DNA of 59,634 bases from positions 1 through 59,634 of the forward strand of contig JADFZF010000002.1 in the NCBI GenBank assembly GCA_015232645.1, written 5' to 3'. This DNA comes from Magnetococcales bacterium (GTDB lineage: Bacteria; Pseudomonadota; Magnetococcia; Magnetococcales; UBA8363). Below the pieces are notes generated by a model. That model was not told the DNA's origin and made no database searches. It saw nothing but the letters and a program-made list of their open reading frames with translations. The first letter of the stretch is position 1, and every line of letters starts with the position of its first letter. Positions 18,901 to 28,454 of the stretch are shown here, piece after piece. The position numbers and the translations under genes were made by a program.

Positions 18901-18935
18901 AATGATGATAACCTTCCAGTCATGTTATCATCATT
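18901..18935 (-). terminator. hairpin overlapping the stop of the 932-aa Hsp70 gene
   Basis: A perfect 12-bp inverted repeat, AATGATGATAAC (18901-18912) with GTTATCATCATT (18924-18935), and an 11-nt loop. On the minus strand it is followed by TAAATTTGCATT. The stem is AT-rich and so weak. Confidence 0.35.
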
Positions 18936-21729
18936 CAATAAACAGCCCCGGCGGCAGGGATTCACCGTAAAGGCTGACCTGGTCCGCCCGGACCACCGGG
19001 AAGAAGTCCAAAATTCTGGCCACCCGCAATGGCGCCACTCCTGCCTTTTCCAGTTTGGAACTGATTTTTTTTCGTGTAACGACGGCAAGATCAAGGCTGC
19101 GATTATCCACAACCCGGGCCGCCTGTAGAAACAGGGTTTGCATCGCCGCCATTCCAGACCAATCGAGCTTCTGAAACGCTGCAAACGCCTGCTCGACCTT
19201 TTCGGGGGCGACGACCGCCTCGGGTCCGGAATACAGAGGGGTTCGATTGAGCAACAACCCCAGGGCATCGAGGTAAGGATCGGCATATAGTTTGTCCCGC
19301 AACAACTCCTGAGCCCGCTCAAGGTAGAGATCGATCAATTCCGCCTTGATCTCATGCCCAAGACGTTCCAACGCCCCCGAGAGGCGAATCAATTCCGGTG
19401 ACGGATTTTTGCTGGTACGCAAAGTCCGCAACTCCGAAGAAAGTAGACGCTCCTGACGTTGCCGATCCAAACCACCTGCTACCCGACGCCACAAGATATA
19501 TTCCTGCAGGCGGATACGCTTGCCGGGAAAAGCCACCCCCCCCTCCATCAACCGCCACAGGTTGTCGATGCGGACTTCGTCCATGACGGCACCAAATCCA
19601 GGACGAAGGAAATAACCCGCCAGGATCAACCAGGTTTCTTCATGATCGACAGAGTTGGTACGATGAATGAAAATTCCCGCTAAAACCTCCCACAGCTCCC
19701 GGATGACCACCCAATTCCACTCCCCCTTGGCCTTTCCCAGGATTTCCTCCAGACTTTTATTGAGGCGGGTCGGAGTCAGTTTGTCCCGTTTTTCGATGGC
19801 CTTGGCGAACAGGGTTTGAATCCGGGACCTGGCCAGAGCCATGGCTTCCGGGGCCACATTGGGCTCGGCCTTGACCATGGTCTCGGTCCCACGCTTGATC
19901 CCGGCAGGGGAGCCGGTTTCATGGGGGCGAAGATTGAACTCCAACGGCCAGGTTTGACTAAGTTCCGGGGCTTGACTGTGGATCAGCACCTGCAGCAAAC
20001 CCAATTCGTTCTGTTCGGCGCTCAAGGAAACGGGGAGGGATGTTTCCAGAGGAACGACCACCCCCTCGTCGGGTTGGACGATGGTTTCCAAAGCCAACAA
20101 AGGATGGAATTCCCGCTCGTTCCAATCCACCACGGCGCCGGCCTCGACCTGGTTGGCCCTGGTGGAATAGTGGCTTTGAAACCGTACCGGACGATTGATT
20201 TGCATGGTCAACGCCAAGTGGTCCATATTGAAACGTTCGCCACTCCTGGCCCCCCTGGGAAGGATGCATACCAGGGAGGGGGGACCGGAAGATTGACCAC
20301 TCGCCTCGTCCTTGCGATGCACCTCGAGAAAAATGGCCCTGGGGGCTCCCGCCTCGATTCGGGACTCCTTGAAATGGAGAATGCGGCCATAACGTGCCGC
20401 TCCCAGGGCGACCGCCAGGTCGGGCTCCCGGTTTTCCAGGGCCAGTGGACGGTATTCCTGCTGCCAATGGGCGATCTGGCGCAGTAATCGTTCACGTACC
20501 AAATCAGGAATCAACGAGCCGCCGTTGAACAGGACGGCGTCCACCATGGGCAGGCCGTTGAGGAATGCGGCCAGATGTCTGGTCACGGCACTATCGGCGG
20601 CATAGGGCAGACCCCATTCCTTGAATGCCCCGAGGGTGGTTTCCGGAACGTCGGTGCGTTCACAGACAGGGAAAAAACCATCGAAGAGGATTTGATGCAC
20701 TTCTGCCCGGGACAGGCGCGCCGACATGGTTCCGGTGAGCAGGGAAGAACCGCGCCCAGTGATGGACAGGGTGAAATATTCGTTGACGGCACCATCGTCG
20801 GCGAGGATTTTTTCCTTCAAATCACGACATCGCGCCACCAAGTGGTCCCACATCTGACTGGAAAGATGACCCGAATCGCCCACCAGACGCTGTTGCATCG
20901 CATGGGCGATGGCGAGATCGATATTATCCCCACCCAACAAGATGTGATCGCTCACCGCCACGCGCCGAATCTCCGGAGGGAGCGAACCCGATTGCCGTTG
21001 CAGGGAAAAAAGGGAAAAATCACTGGTGCCTCCGCCGATATCGACGACCAGGACGTGACAATCGTGCCGCCGCTGCGGGGGGAGCAGGTTCCACAGCCCT
21101 TCCTGAGAGGGATGACGTTCCAACCAACGATAAAAGGCGGCCTGGGGTTCCTCGATGAGGCGCACCCCTTTGGGAAAACCGGCATCGCGAGCCGCCATCA
21201 ACGTCAACCTCTGGGCCACCGCATCGAAGGAGGCAGGTACGGTAATGGTGATACTCTGGTTCTCAAAAGTGAAATCTTCCCCGGAAGCGGCAAAACGATC
21301 GTTCCACACCCCGCTGAAATAATTGAGGATCAAGGCCAAAGCCCGCAGTGGTGACATTTTTTCCTCGGGCCTGAGTTCCTCGGAACCAAAAGGGAGGAAG
21401 GGGGCGGTCCGATCGGAGGCATGATGACACAGCCACGATTTGGCGGAATGAACCACACGGCCGGGGGACTGGGCCGCCTGGGCGCGTGCCTGATGGCCGA
21501 TCATCCAGGGATTTTTCTCCTGATTTTCGCCCAGATAATGTTTCAACAACGCCGGTTCGGGAAGGTACAAAAACGATGGGAGTGTGGTGGATTCGCCGAC
21601 ATTGGAACGCGACAACCATTGCACCACCGGGAAGACTTCACTGTGATCCCCCCCTTGGAGGGATTGGTAGGCCATGACCGAGGAGGTGGTTCCCAGGTCG
21701 ATGCCGATGCTGAATCGTGCCGTGGACAT
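18931..21729 (-). CDS. Hsp70-family ATPase with long C-terminal extension (932 aa)
   Basis: Actin/Hsp70 NBD motifs are present: FSIGIDLGTTSSVMAY (phosphate 1), VLVVDIGGGTSDFSLF (phosphate 2) and ILLGGDNIDLAIA. The ~330 C-terminal residues are unlike the DnaK lid. Confidence 0.85.
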   Translation of the reverse strand: MSTARFSIGIDLGTTSSVMAYQSLQGGDHSEVFPVVQWLSRSNVGESTTLPSFLYLPEPALLKHYLGENQEKNPWMIGHQARAQAAQSPGRVVHSAKSWLCHHASDRTAPFLPFGSEELRPEEKMSPLRALALILNYFSGVWNDRFAASGEDFTFENQSITITVPASFDAVAQRLTLMAARDAGFPKGVRLIEEPQAAFYRWLERHPSQEGLWNLLPPQRRHDCHVLVVDIGGGTSDFSLFSLQRQSGSLPPEIRRVAVSDHILLGGDNIDLAIAHAMQQRLVGDSGHLSSQMWDHLVARCRDLKEKILADDGAVNEYFTLSITGRGSSLLTGTMSARLSRAEVHQILFDGFFPVCERTDVPETTLGAFKEWGLPYAADSAVTRHLAAFLNGLPMVDAVLFNGGSLIPDLVRERLLRQIAHWQQEYRPLALENREPDLAVALGAARYGRILHFKESRIEAGAPRAIFLEVHRKDEASGQSSGPPSLVCILPRGARSGERFNMDHLALTMQINRPVRFQSHYSTRANQVEAGAVVDWNEREFHPLLALETIVQPDEGVVVPLETSLPVSLSAEQNELGLLQVLIHSQAPELSQTWPLEFNLRPHETGSPAGIKRGTETMVKAEPNVAPEAMALARSRIQTLFAKAIEKRDKLTPTRLNKSLEEILGKAKGEWNWVVIRELWEVLAGIFIHRTNSVDHEETWLILAGYFLRPGFGAVMDEVRIDNLWRLMEGGVAFPGKRIRLQEYILWRRVAGGLDRQRQERLLSSELRTLRTSKNPSPELIRLSGALERLGHEIKAELIDLYLERAQELLRDKLYADPYLDALGLLLNRTPLYSGPEAVVAPEKVEQAFAAFQKLDWSGMAAMQTLFLQAARVVDNRSLDLAVVTRKKISSKLEKAGVAPLRVARILDFFPVVRADQVSLYGESLPPGLFIE

Positions 21730-21804
21730 GATGAAATCAGTCTGAGGTGGATGTTTTGTGGTGGTGGACTGTCAATCGATCGGGTCTCGGATCCATCCCT
21801 GCCA

Positions 21805-23649
21805 TCATTCAGTGCGCACCTGCAACTCGATTTTCCATTGATTATCGGAGTTGAGATGCCGCATCCACAACTCCAGGATCCCCAGTTCGTTGACGATGGA
21901 TTGGATGCGAACCGGAACCACCTGCCCCGGTGGCAGATCGTCCAGTTGGGGAATGGTCACCTCCAAGGTATGATTTTCCTCCAACTCCCGCAAGGCATTG
22001 GGAAGGATGAATCCGGCGACATCGCCACCGCGAATCGAACTGGAAAAAAAACGGAAGTGGACGCTTTTCCCGGTCACGAGTCCGAACTCTTTTTCCATGA
22101 TGAGGTGCTGACTCCCCTCCTCCATGCCCTGGGGGACGACGCACAAGGCCTTGACCGGAGGCTTGAAGCCTGGGACGGCGGGCATGGAGGATTCCAGGCC
22201 GATATAATAGGACCGTGCGGTTCCCGCCTTGATGCGCATTCCCTTTCCGGTGAGCCGGTATTGACCATAAACCGCCGCCCCCTTGGCGACCGCCAGATCG
22301 GGTTGGAATCCTTCCAACAGTCGTACCGGCTGGCCGCTCCAGGAGGTGAGAAGGTCGAGAAGTCTTTGCCGCAGGGGGATGGCTTTGAAGACGCCGCCAT
22401 TGAAGAGGACTGCCGTCGGTGCCAGGAAAGAGTCCTGTAACGCTTCCCGGGGAAGCATGGCCGCCAGATGCGGACTGGAACGGACATTGGCAAGGCTGCG
22501 GCTGAGAAAGCGAGCCAATTGTTTGCTGATGACGGGATCCGACGCATACGGCAGCCCGAATTCGTGCAGTCCGGAGTGGTTGTCCTCCAGCGGCAGATCG
22601 GTGACCAGGACCTTGGGAAAGAAACCTTCGATAATGATATCGTTGAGGAGTTGCCGTTCCAGTTTAACGCTCAAGGTTTTGGCAAACAGGCTGGCACCCC
22701 GGGAGGGAATGGCCAGAGGAATTTCATCGAGTTCGGGCTCCTCGAACAGTTTGACCTTGGCCTTGCCAGCGGCGTGGAGCAGTGCCAGAAACTGCCAATC
22801 ATCAAGGGCTTTCCCCTGGCTTTCCAATCGTGAGGCCAGGGCGTAGGCCAAGGCCAGATCCATATTGTCGCCACCGAGAAGCAGATGTTCGCCGACGCTG
22901 ATGCGTTCCAACTGCAATTGGCCTTGAAGTTCGGTCACGGCGATCATGCTGAAGTCGGCCGTACCACCGCCGATATCGGCGACCAGAATGCAATCGCCGG
23001 GGCGGACCTGTGAGCGCCACCCCTTTCCGGCCTGATCCATCCAGGCATAGAACGCCGCCTGCGGTTCCTCCAACAGGGTGACCTGGCCCAATCCCGCTTT
23101 TTCGGCCGCCGCGGCAGTGAGATTTCTGGCGACCTCATCGAAGGAGGCGGGAACCGTCAGGACGACCTGGGCCTGGGCGGGATCGAAGGTGTTCCCCTGC
23201 AGGGATTGGGCATGCTGAAACCCCGACACCAGCGTTTCGAGGATCAGTCGCGAGCAATCAAACGGGGAGACCTGGATTTCGGGCAGTTCGGAGCGCCATG
23301 GCAGAATATTTTTTTTGGGATCGATGTGAGCGTTGGAAAGCCACGATTTGGCCGAAACCACCAACCGGTCAGGGACCTGGGCGCCATGATCGCGGGCAAA
23401 ATGGCCAATGATGGGCGAGGTTGAAGTGGTTGGCTGCTGCCAGGGCAACCGGACCGCCTCCGGAGAAAATTCATCCTCATGGGGCAGGTAAAGAACGGAA
23501 GGCAAGGTTTCCCTTTCCCCCACCTTGTTGGGACCGAGAATCTGGGAAACCGGGGCGATGATAGGGGAGTTTTCCGTTTCCGGGCCGATGCAGGCGATCA
23601 CGCTGTTGCTGGTACCCAGGTCGATGCCGAGAATGAATCGATGACTCAT
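21805..23649 (-). CDS. Hsp70-family ATPase (614 aa)
   Basis: ATG 23649 gives MSHRFILGIDLGTSNSVIACIG. Also present: ILVADIGGGTADFSMI, LLLGGDNMDLALA and VLFNGGVFK. The 106-codon ORF-track N-terminal extension overlaps the upstream gene and is rejected. Confidence 0.85.
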   Translation of the reverse strand: MSHRFILGIDLGTSNSVIACIGPETENSPIIAPVSQILGPNKVGERETLPSVLYLPHEDEFSPEAVRLPWQQPTTSTSPIIGHFARDHGAQVPDRLVVSAKSWLSNAHIDPKKNILPWRSELPEIQVSPFDCSRLILETLVSGFQHAQSLQGNTFDPAQAQVVLTVPASFDEVARNLTAAAAEKAGLGQVTLLEEPQAAFYAWMDQAGKGWRSQVRPGDCILVADIGGGTADFSMIAVTELQGQLQLERISVGEHLLLGGDNMDLALAYALASRLESQGKALDDWQFLALLHAAGKAKVKLFEEPELDEIPLAIPSRGASLFAKTLSVKLERQLLNDIIIEGFFPKVLVTDLPLEDNHSGLHEFGLPYASDPVISKQLARFLSRSLANVRSSPHLAAMLPREALQDSFLAPTAVLFNGGVFKAIPLRQRLLDLLTSWSGQPVRLLEGFQPDLAVAKGAAVYGQYRLTGKGMRIKAGTARSYYIGLESSMPAVPGFKPPVKALCVVPQGMEEGSQHLIMEKEFGLVTGKSVHFRFFSSSIRGGDVAGFILPNALRELEENHTLEVTIPQLDDLPPGQVVPVRIQSIVNELGILELWMRHLNSDNQWKIELQVRTE

Positions 23650-23671
23650 GAAAGGGTCCTGGCTAGAGGAT

Positions 23672-24319
23672 TTATTTGAGTTCCACCTGGGCCGGGGCGA
23701 TGGCCGGCAGACGCCCCCCCTGATGGTTGAGGGTGCGTGGCAGTTTAACGCGGTTGGTCTTCCAGCCTTTATGGACCAGGGTTCCGGTGAATGGGGGTTG
23801 ACCGATGATTTTTCCCACCAATTGATGGCTGTCGGGGGCAAATCCAGCGGGTACCACCACGTTGGATCCTTCAGGTTCGTCACGGACCGGGACGATTTCA
23901 AAGTGTTCCAGGAGGGCGCTTCGGCAGCCTTCATGGATGACCCGTGCGGCGGCGCCGACCTGGGCATCCTCGAACGGAGCGATTTCCTCCATCAGGAAGT
24001 CGATGAGCCGTCCCTTTTCCTGAAGAACTCCCAGGAAAGAGACGATATGGGCCTCACAACCGGTGTCACCGGTGGCCGAAGCCTGCGGTCGGATGGCCGC
24101 GGCCCGAGGTTCCTTTCTGACTTTGGTTTTGGTACCGGTCTTGATGACAAAAATCGCCGGCAGCAGCAAAATGGCCACCGCCAGGATCGCCCACATGAGT
24201 TTTTCATGATTTTCCCGGATCATGTCAACCATGGGTCCGGGGACCAATGCCTCGGGAGCAATGGCCGCTGCAACCAGAATGATGATGATGAAAACCGCAA
24301 ACAACGAAACAGATCGCAT
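23672..24319 (-). CDS. DUF2760-like protein with N-terminal transmembrane segments
   Basis: There are two hydrophobic N-terminal helices. GRLIDFLMEEIAPFEDAQVGAAARVIHEGCRSALLEHFEIVPV...GTLVHKGWK...PAIAPAQVEL then matches my recollection of the DUF2760 consensus (GRLvDFLqEdI..ysDaQIGAAaR.VH.gC...L). It is the first gene of the operon with the two Hsp70 genes. Confidence 0.6.
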   Translation of the reverse strand: MRSVSLFAVFIIIILVAAAIAPEALVPGPMVDMIRENHEKLMWAILAVAILLLPAIFVIKTGTKTKVRKEPRAAAIRPQASATGDTGCEAHIVSFLGVLQEKGRLIDFLMEEIAPFEDAQVGAAARVIHEGCRSALLEHFEIVPVRDEPEGSNVVVPAGFAPDSHQLVGKIIGQPPFTGTLVHKGWKTNRVKLPRTLNHQGGRLPAIAPAQVELK

Positions 24320-24673
24320 GGGTATCCTCTCCGACCTGGTTGAAGATGTATCCGAGCGGCGTCCCCAGAGGTTCTCTCAGGCGGGCACGCCATTGCATCA
24401 AGGAATCATAGCACCTGGATGGATCGATGGAAAGTCAAGGTCTTGATGCTGGCAAGGTGGCCGGGAGGCGCCCAAGGAGGAGCGTCCTATCCCATCACCG
24501 GCCCCGTCCTGAGCCCAATCGTCAATCCGAAACTCATCTTGAAGAAAAAATTTCTTGCCATCCGCCATGGGGAAAACGTATGGTAACCTCAGGGAGAGGG
24601 CAAGGTCGCTGCTCCAGAAGGAGGCGGCTCTGTTCGTTTGGTCATGGAGCGAATACTTACGTTGGAGGGTTCG

Positions 24674-24886
24674 ATGGCGTCCGTTTCACGAGGATCAGTC
24701 AAATGGTTCAACAGTGCAAAAGGGTATGGGTTTATTGCCCCCGATGATGGTGGCGAAGATGTTTTCGTCCATTTCTCCGCCATTCAGACCGAGGGCTTCA
24801 AATCCCTCGAAGAAGGACAAAAGGTCACTTTTGAAGTCGTTCGGGGACTCAAGGGGCTGCAAGCTGCCAACGTGGCCCCTGCCTGA
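24674..24886 (+). CDS. cspA: cold-shock protein (CspA family)
   Basis: ATG 24674 follows [38 protein letters not shown] carries RNP1 (KGYGFI) and RNP2 (VFVHF). 70 aa. Confidence 0.92.
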   Translation: MASVSRGSVKWFNSAKGYGFIAPDDGGEDVFVHFSAIQTEGFKSLEEGQKVTFEVVRGLKGLQAANVAPA

Positions 24887-24918
24887 CCACGTTTTCTGAT
24901 CGTTGCGGCAATCTGGCT

Positions 24919-24961
24919 ACCGCCCGTGACCTGCACGGTCCCAACGGGCGGTTTTCTTTTT
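24919..24961 (+). terminator. rho-independent terminator of cspA
   Basis: A 9-bp stem, ACCGCCCGT (24919-24927) with ACGGGCGGT (24944-24952), is followed by TTTTCTTTTT. Confidence 0.7.
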
Positions 24962-24972
24962 AACCATAAACC

Positions 24973-26079
24973 ATGAATCTCTCGACAGAAGAAAAAAAAT
25001 TTTTCCTCGATATCTTCCGGGGCAAAACACTGTGTTTATCTCTGGTCTCCGGGGTCACGCCACGGGGCATGGCCTCTCTGGGCGAGTGCCTGGGTGAATT
25101 GATCGCCGCGGAAATCAGGGCGGTGTTGTTCGTCCGTCCCGACCACGCCCTGACCTTGGCGGATGACTTCCGCCGCCACACCCGATTCCACCATTGGCAT
25201 CCCATTGAATACTCGGACCATCCTTCCCTTCCCGCCGCCTTGTGGCGTTCCCCTTCGGGAATCTATCCCATTATTTTTCCTGCCGCCGGTCAGACCGATT
25301 TTTTGGATCAAATCGTTCATCTGGCACTCTCCTGGCGCATCTCGCGGATGATCTTCCTGGAGGAACGCGGTGGCCTGATGGACGCTCATGGAAAAATGAT
25401 CAACTTCGTCAATTTCGCCAAACTTTCCGAGTACACCAGCCAATCCGCCACGACCAACGATCATTTCCATAAAAAATTATTGAAATCTATTGATACACTC
25501 CTGTCTCATGGTGTCGGAGCGATCGGCTTGTGCCGCCCAGAGGATCTCCATTTGGAGCTGTTCACCTACGAAGGAGGGGGGACCTATTTTTCCTGCCATC
25601 ATTATTGTGAGGTAAGACCTCTCTCCTGGGACGAGTTCCCGCAGGTAGCCTCCCTGATTCACCAGGGGGTGCGTGAAGGCTTTCTCCTGCCACGCTCCGA
25701 CGAACAAATTTCCAAAATATTGCTGAATGGCTTCGGTGCCTTTTTATCGGGACAGCATTTGGCGGGAATCTGTGCCTTGTTCACCGAAGGATACGAGGCG
25801 GACAATGCCGCAGAAGTCGTGTCCTTGTATGCCTTGACCCGCTATCAGGGTGAGGGGATCGGAGTCAGGTTGGTTCAGGAATTGAAAAGCGAGGCGAAAA
25901 AATTACGCCTGGAGCGGTTGTTCGCCTGCACGCTGCAACCCCGGGTCATGGATTTCTTCCGCCGGCAGGGATTCAAAGATGCCGATACCGCCGACCTTCC
26001 CGTGGCCAAATGGCGCCATTACGATCCTGAGCGCAGACAACGGGTCCACTGTTTTATTTTCGATATTCAGGGAGAATGA
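24973..26079 (+). CDS. GNAT-family N-acetyltransferase with an amino-acid-kinase-like N-terminal domain (N-acetylglutamate synthase-like)
   Basis: The C-terminal GNAT block is LYALTRYQGEGIGVRLVQELKSEAKKLRLERLFACT (the Q/RxxGxG/A acetyl-CoA loop). The ~230 N-terminal residues resemble the ArgA kinase-like domain only loosely. Confidence 0.5.
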   Translation: MNLSTEEKKFFLDIFRGKTLCLSLVSGVTPRGMASLGECLGELIAAEIRAVLFVRPDHALTLADDFRRHTRFHHWHPIEYSDHPSLPAALWRSPSGIYPIIFPAAGQTDFLDQIVHLALSWRISRMIFLEERGGLMDAHGKMINFVNFAKLSEYTSQSATTNDHFHKKLLKSIDTLLSHGVGAIGLCRPEDLHLELFTYEGGGTYFSCHHYCEVRPLSWDEFPQVASLIHQGVREGFLLPRSDEQISKILLNGFGAFLSGQHLAGICALFTEGYEADNAAEVVSLYALTRYQGEGIGVRLVQELKSEAKKLRLERLFACTLQPRVMDFFRRQGFKDADTADLPVAKWRHYDPERRQRVHCFIFDIQGE

Positions 26080-26082
26080 ATC

Positions 26083-27174
26083 ATGGACAAGGTGTGCATC
26101 ATCGGCGCCGGGGTCATGGGAACCGCCATCGCCCACCGATTGTTGCAACGTGGATTTGGGGTCACCCTTCTGGAAAAATCCCTGCCGGGGGCCGAATCCT
26201 CCGCCGCGGCCGCCGGTATTCTTGGAGCGCAATCGGAAGTCTCCGGATCGGGCCCTTTCCTGGAGCTTTGCCTGGCTTCCCGGGCCATGTTCCCGGACTA
26301 CGTGCGGGAACTGGAACACGATTCGGGGGTCGGCATCGACTTTGAGGATTCGGGGGTCCTGGAGGTGGCCCTGACCCCGGCTGAAGGACGGTTGGCTGCC
26401 GGGCGGGCGCAGTGGATGCTGGAACGGGGCCTGGATGTGGAAATTTTGGATCGGGAACAGGCTCGGGCCCTGGAGCCGGGGCTGACGGAGCGGATGGTCG
26501 GTGCCAATTATTACCCCCGCGATTGTCAACTCGATCCCCCGCGCCTCGCCAGTGCCCTGGCAGCAACGGTGCAACGACTGGGAGGGGTGTTTCGGTCCGG
26601 CCTGCAAGTCCTGGCCATGGAAAGTCACCAGGGAAAAGTCACTGGAGTTCGCACCAGCTCCGGCGTCATCCACGCCGATGGTGTCGTCGTGGCCGGAGGT
26701 GCGTGGAGTACCAGCATCGCTCAATTGCCCCCGACACGAACCACCATCAAACCGATGTCGGGCCAAATCATCCAGGTCGTGACACGCCCCGCCAGCTTGC
26801 GTCATGTGCTGTATGGCTATCAAGGCTACATCGTCCCCAGACGGGATGGTCGGGTCCTCATGGGTTCCACCCTGGAGGATCGTGGTTTCGACAAGGCAGT
26901 CACCCTCGATGGGATTCACCGCATCACCTCCATGGCCCGGGAAATGGCTCCCCTCCTAGGTGAGGCACGCCTCGGCGCCACCTGGTCGGGATTGCGTCCC
27001 GCTCCCGCAGACGGTCTCCCGCTCCTGGGAGAATCGTCCCACGTTTCGGGGCTATTTTTTGCCACGGGACATTATCGAAATGGTATCCTGCTCACCCCCA
27101 TCACCGGAAGAGTCATCGCCGATCTGGTGGAAAACAAATCTCCCCCCGTCGCCATCGACGCCTTCCTCCCATGA
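26083..27174 (+). CDS. thiO: FAD-dependent glycine oxidase (ThiO-like, DAO family)
   Basis: The Rossmann motif VCIIGAGVMGTAIAHRLLQRGFGVTLLEK is present. Length (363 aa) and the C-terminal GLRPAPADGLPLLG...GLFFATGHYRNGILLTP block are typical of ThiO/DAO. Assignment to ThiO specifically is tentative. Confidence 0.6.
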   Translation: MDKVCIIGAGVMGTAIAHRLLQRGFGVTLLEKSLPGAESSAAAAGILGAQSEVSGSGPFLELCLASRAMFPDYVRELEHDSGVGIDFEDSGVLEVALTPAEGRLAAGRAQWMLERGLDVEILDREQARALEPGLTERMVGANYYPRDCQLDPPRLASALAATVQRLGGVFRSGLQVLAMESHQGKVTGVRTSSGVIHADGVVVAGGAWSTSIAQLPPTRTTIKPMSGQIIQVVTRPASLRHVLYGYQGYIVPRRDGRVLMGSTLEDRGFDKAVTLDGIHRITSMAREMAPLLGEARLGATWSGLRPAPADGLPLLGESSHVSGLFFATGHYRNGILLTPITGRVIADLVENKSPPVAIDAFLP

Positions 27175-28295
27175 CCACCGATCCACCTCCGGATTCCCCT
27201 CCCCCAGCCTCCCGCGTGGCGGTGGCCATGTCGGGTGGGGTCGATTCCTCGGTCACAGCGGCCCTCCTGGTGCAACAAGGGTATGAAGTGATCGGATTGA
27301 CCATGCGGTTGTGGGATGGGGAAGAAGCCACCGCCCAACAGTCATCGCGCAGCTGTTGCACCACCAACGACGCCGAAGACGCCCGCCGGGTGGCCCAAAC
27401 CTTGGGAATCCCGTTCTACGTCATCGACCTGCGTGCCGCCTTCGCCGAACAGGTGGTCTCGCCGTTCATCAGGGCCTATGCGCAAGGATCAACCCCCAAT
27501 CCCTGTATGATATGCAACCAAACGATCAAATTCGAGCAGCTGCTCGCCGTAACCCACTCCCTCGGGGCCGAATTCCTGGCCACGGGGCACTACGCGGACC
27601 TGCGTTTTCCTCCCGGGCATCCTCCACAGCTCTTTCGTGGTCGGGATCCAAATAAAGATCAATCCTATTTTTTAGCCAGCACCTCGTTGACCAGTTTAAC
27701 GCACCTTCGCTTTCCCCTGGGGGGGCTGACCAAGGACGAAACCCGTGCCTTGGGACGCCAATGGGGACTGCACCTGGCGGGAAAACGGGAAAGCCAGGAC
27801 GTCTGTTTTGTTCCCGGAGGCGATTATGGTGGATTTTTTCGTCGTCACGGTCTGGAGGATCGTCCGGGAATGATCCGGGACCGGGATGGAAATCTGTTGG
27901 GGCGTCATCATGGCATTCACGGTTATACCATCGGTCAAAGGAGGGGATTGGGGATCGCCGCCCCCAGACCAATGTATGTGATTGCCGTGGATCCGGACCA
28001 CAATGAACTGATCGTTGGCCCCGAAGAGGCCTTGCTGGCGGAAAACGCCCGTCTGACCCATATCAATTGGCTTGTTCCCCCGGTTTTTCCCGGCCAAACT
28101 TTGACCTGCCTGGCGCAAATCCGGTATTCCTCCCCGCCGATAGCCGCCTCGTTGACTGTAACCGATCTGTCGAGCCAGGGTGAGATTCATTTTCACGTTC
28201 CCCAAAGGGCGGTCACACCCGGTCAGGCGTGTGTGTTCTACGACGGAGACCAGGTTCTTGGCTCGGGTTGGATCGCGGCCTCAAAAAACAGTTGA
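27171..28295 (+). CDS. mnmA: tRNA 2-thiouridine(34) synthase
   Basis: The PP-loop is VAVAMSGGVDSSV. Also present: CCTTNDAEDARRVAQTLGIPFYVIDL, NPCMICNQTIKF, LATGHYA, KDQSYFL, ESQDVCF. The start overlaps the thiO stop as ATGA. Confidence 0.93.
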   Translation: MTTDPPPDSPPPASRVAVAMSGGVDSSVTAALLVQQGYEVIGLTMRLWDGEEATAQQSSRSCCTTNDAEDARRVAQTLGIPFYVIDLRAAFAEQVVSPFIRAYAQGSTPNPCMICNQTIKFEQLLAVTHSLGAEFLATGHYADLRFPPGHPPQLFRGRDPNKDQSYFLASTSLTSLTHLRFPLGGLTKDETRALGRQWGLHLAGKRESQDVCFVPGGDYGGFFRRHGLEDRPGMIRDRDGNLLGRHHGIHGYTIGQRRGLGIAAPRPMYVIAVDPDHNELIVGPEEALLAENARLTHINWLVPPVFPGQTLTCLAQIRYSSPPIAASLTVTDLSSQGEIHFHVPQRAVTPGQACVFYDGDQVLGSGWIAASKNS

Positions 28296-28296
28296 T

Positions 28297-28359
28297 GGGA
28301 TGGGTCTGGGAAGAGACTGGTCCCCTCCCCGCGGGTTTGGGGCACCGCCACTGGGTTTC
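28297..28359 (+). repeat. REP-like element, copy C
   Basis: GGGATGGGTCTGGGAAGAGACTGGTCCCCTCCCCGCGGGTTTGGGGCACCGCCACTGGGTTTC starts 2 nt after the mnmA stop. It is colinear with copy B over both modules, and its stems are degenerate. Confidence 0.65.
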
Positions 28360-28454
28360 TTTAACAAAAAGTGGAAATTCTTACTTTTTCCATAAATAGT
28401 TATTGAATGTTTTTGCATGGCAAGGGCCCCGTCTCCTCCCCTTGCCAGCTCCCA

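Noticed and set aside
23650-23967. N-terminal extensions proposed by the ORF track (this one, plus 941-1048, 2095-2184, 31957-32040, 56434-56631, 30601-30789 and 8111-8281)
   Set aside because: The extensions overlap upstream genes or intergenic DNA and have non-protein-like composition. Each internal ATG gives the canonical family N-terminus or signal peptide.
25903-26919. A 338-aa minus-strand ORF antisense to the thiO-like gene. Similar antisense ORFs lie at 1343-2059, 3106-3975, 21421-22440, 28407-29240, 34280-35311, 44002-44850 and 56905-57957.
   Set aside because: Each lies opposite a gene with strong motif support and has skewed Gly/Arg/Pro/His composition. I treat them as non-coding shadow ORFs.
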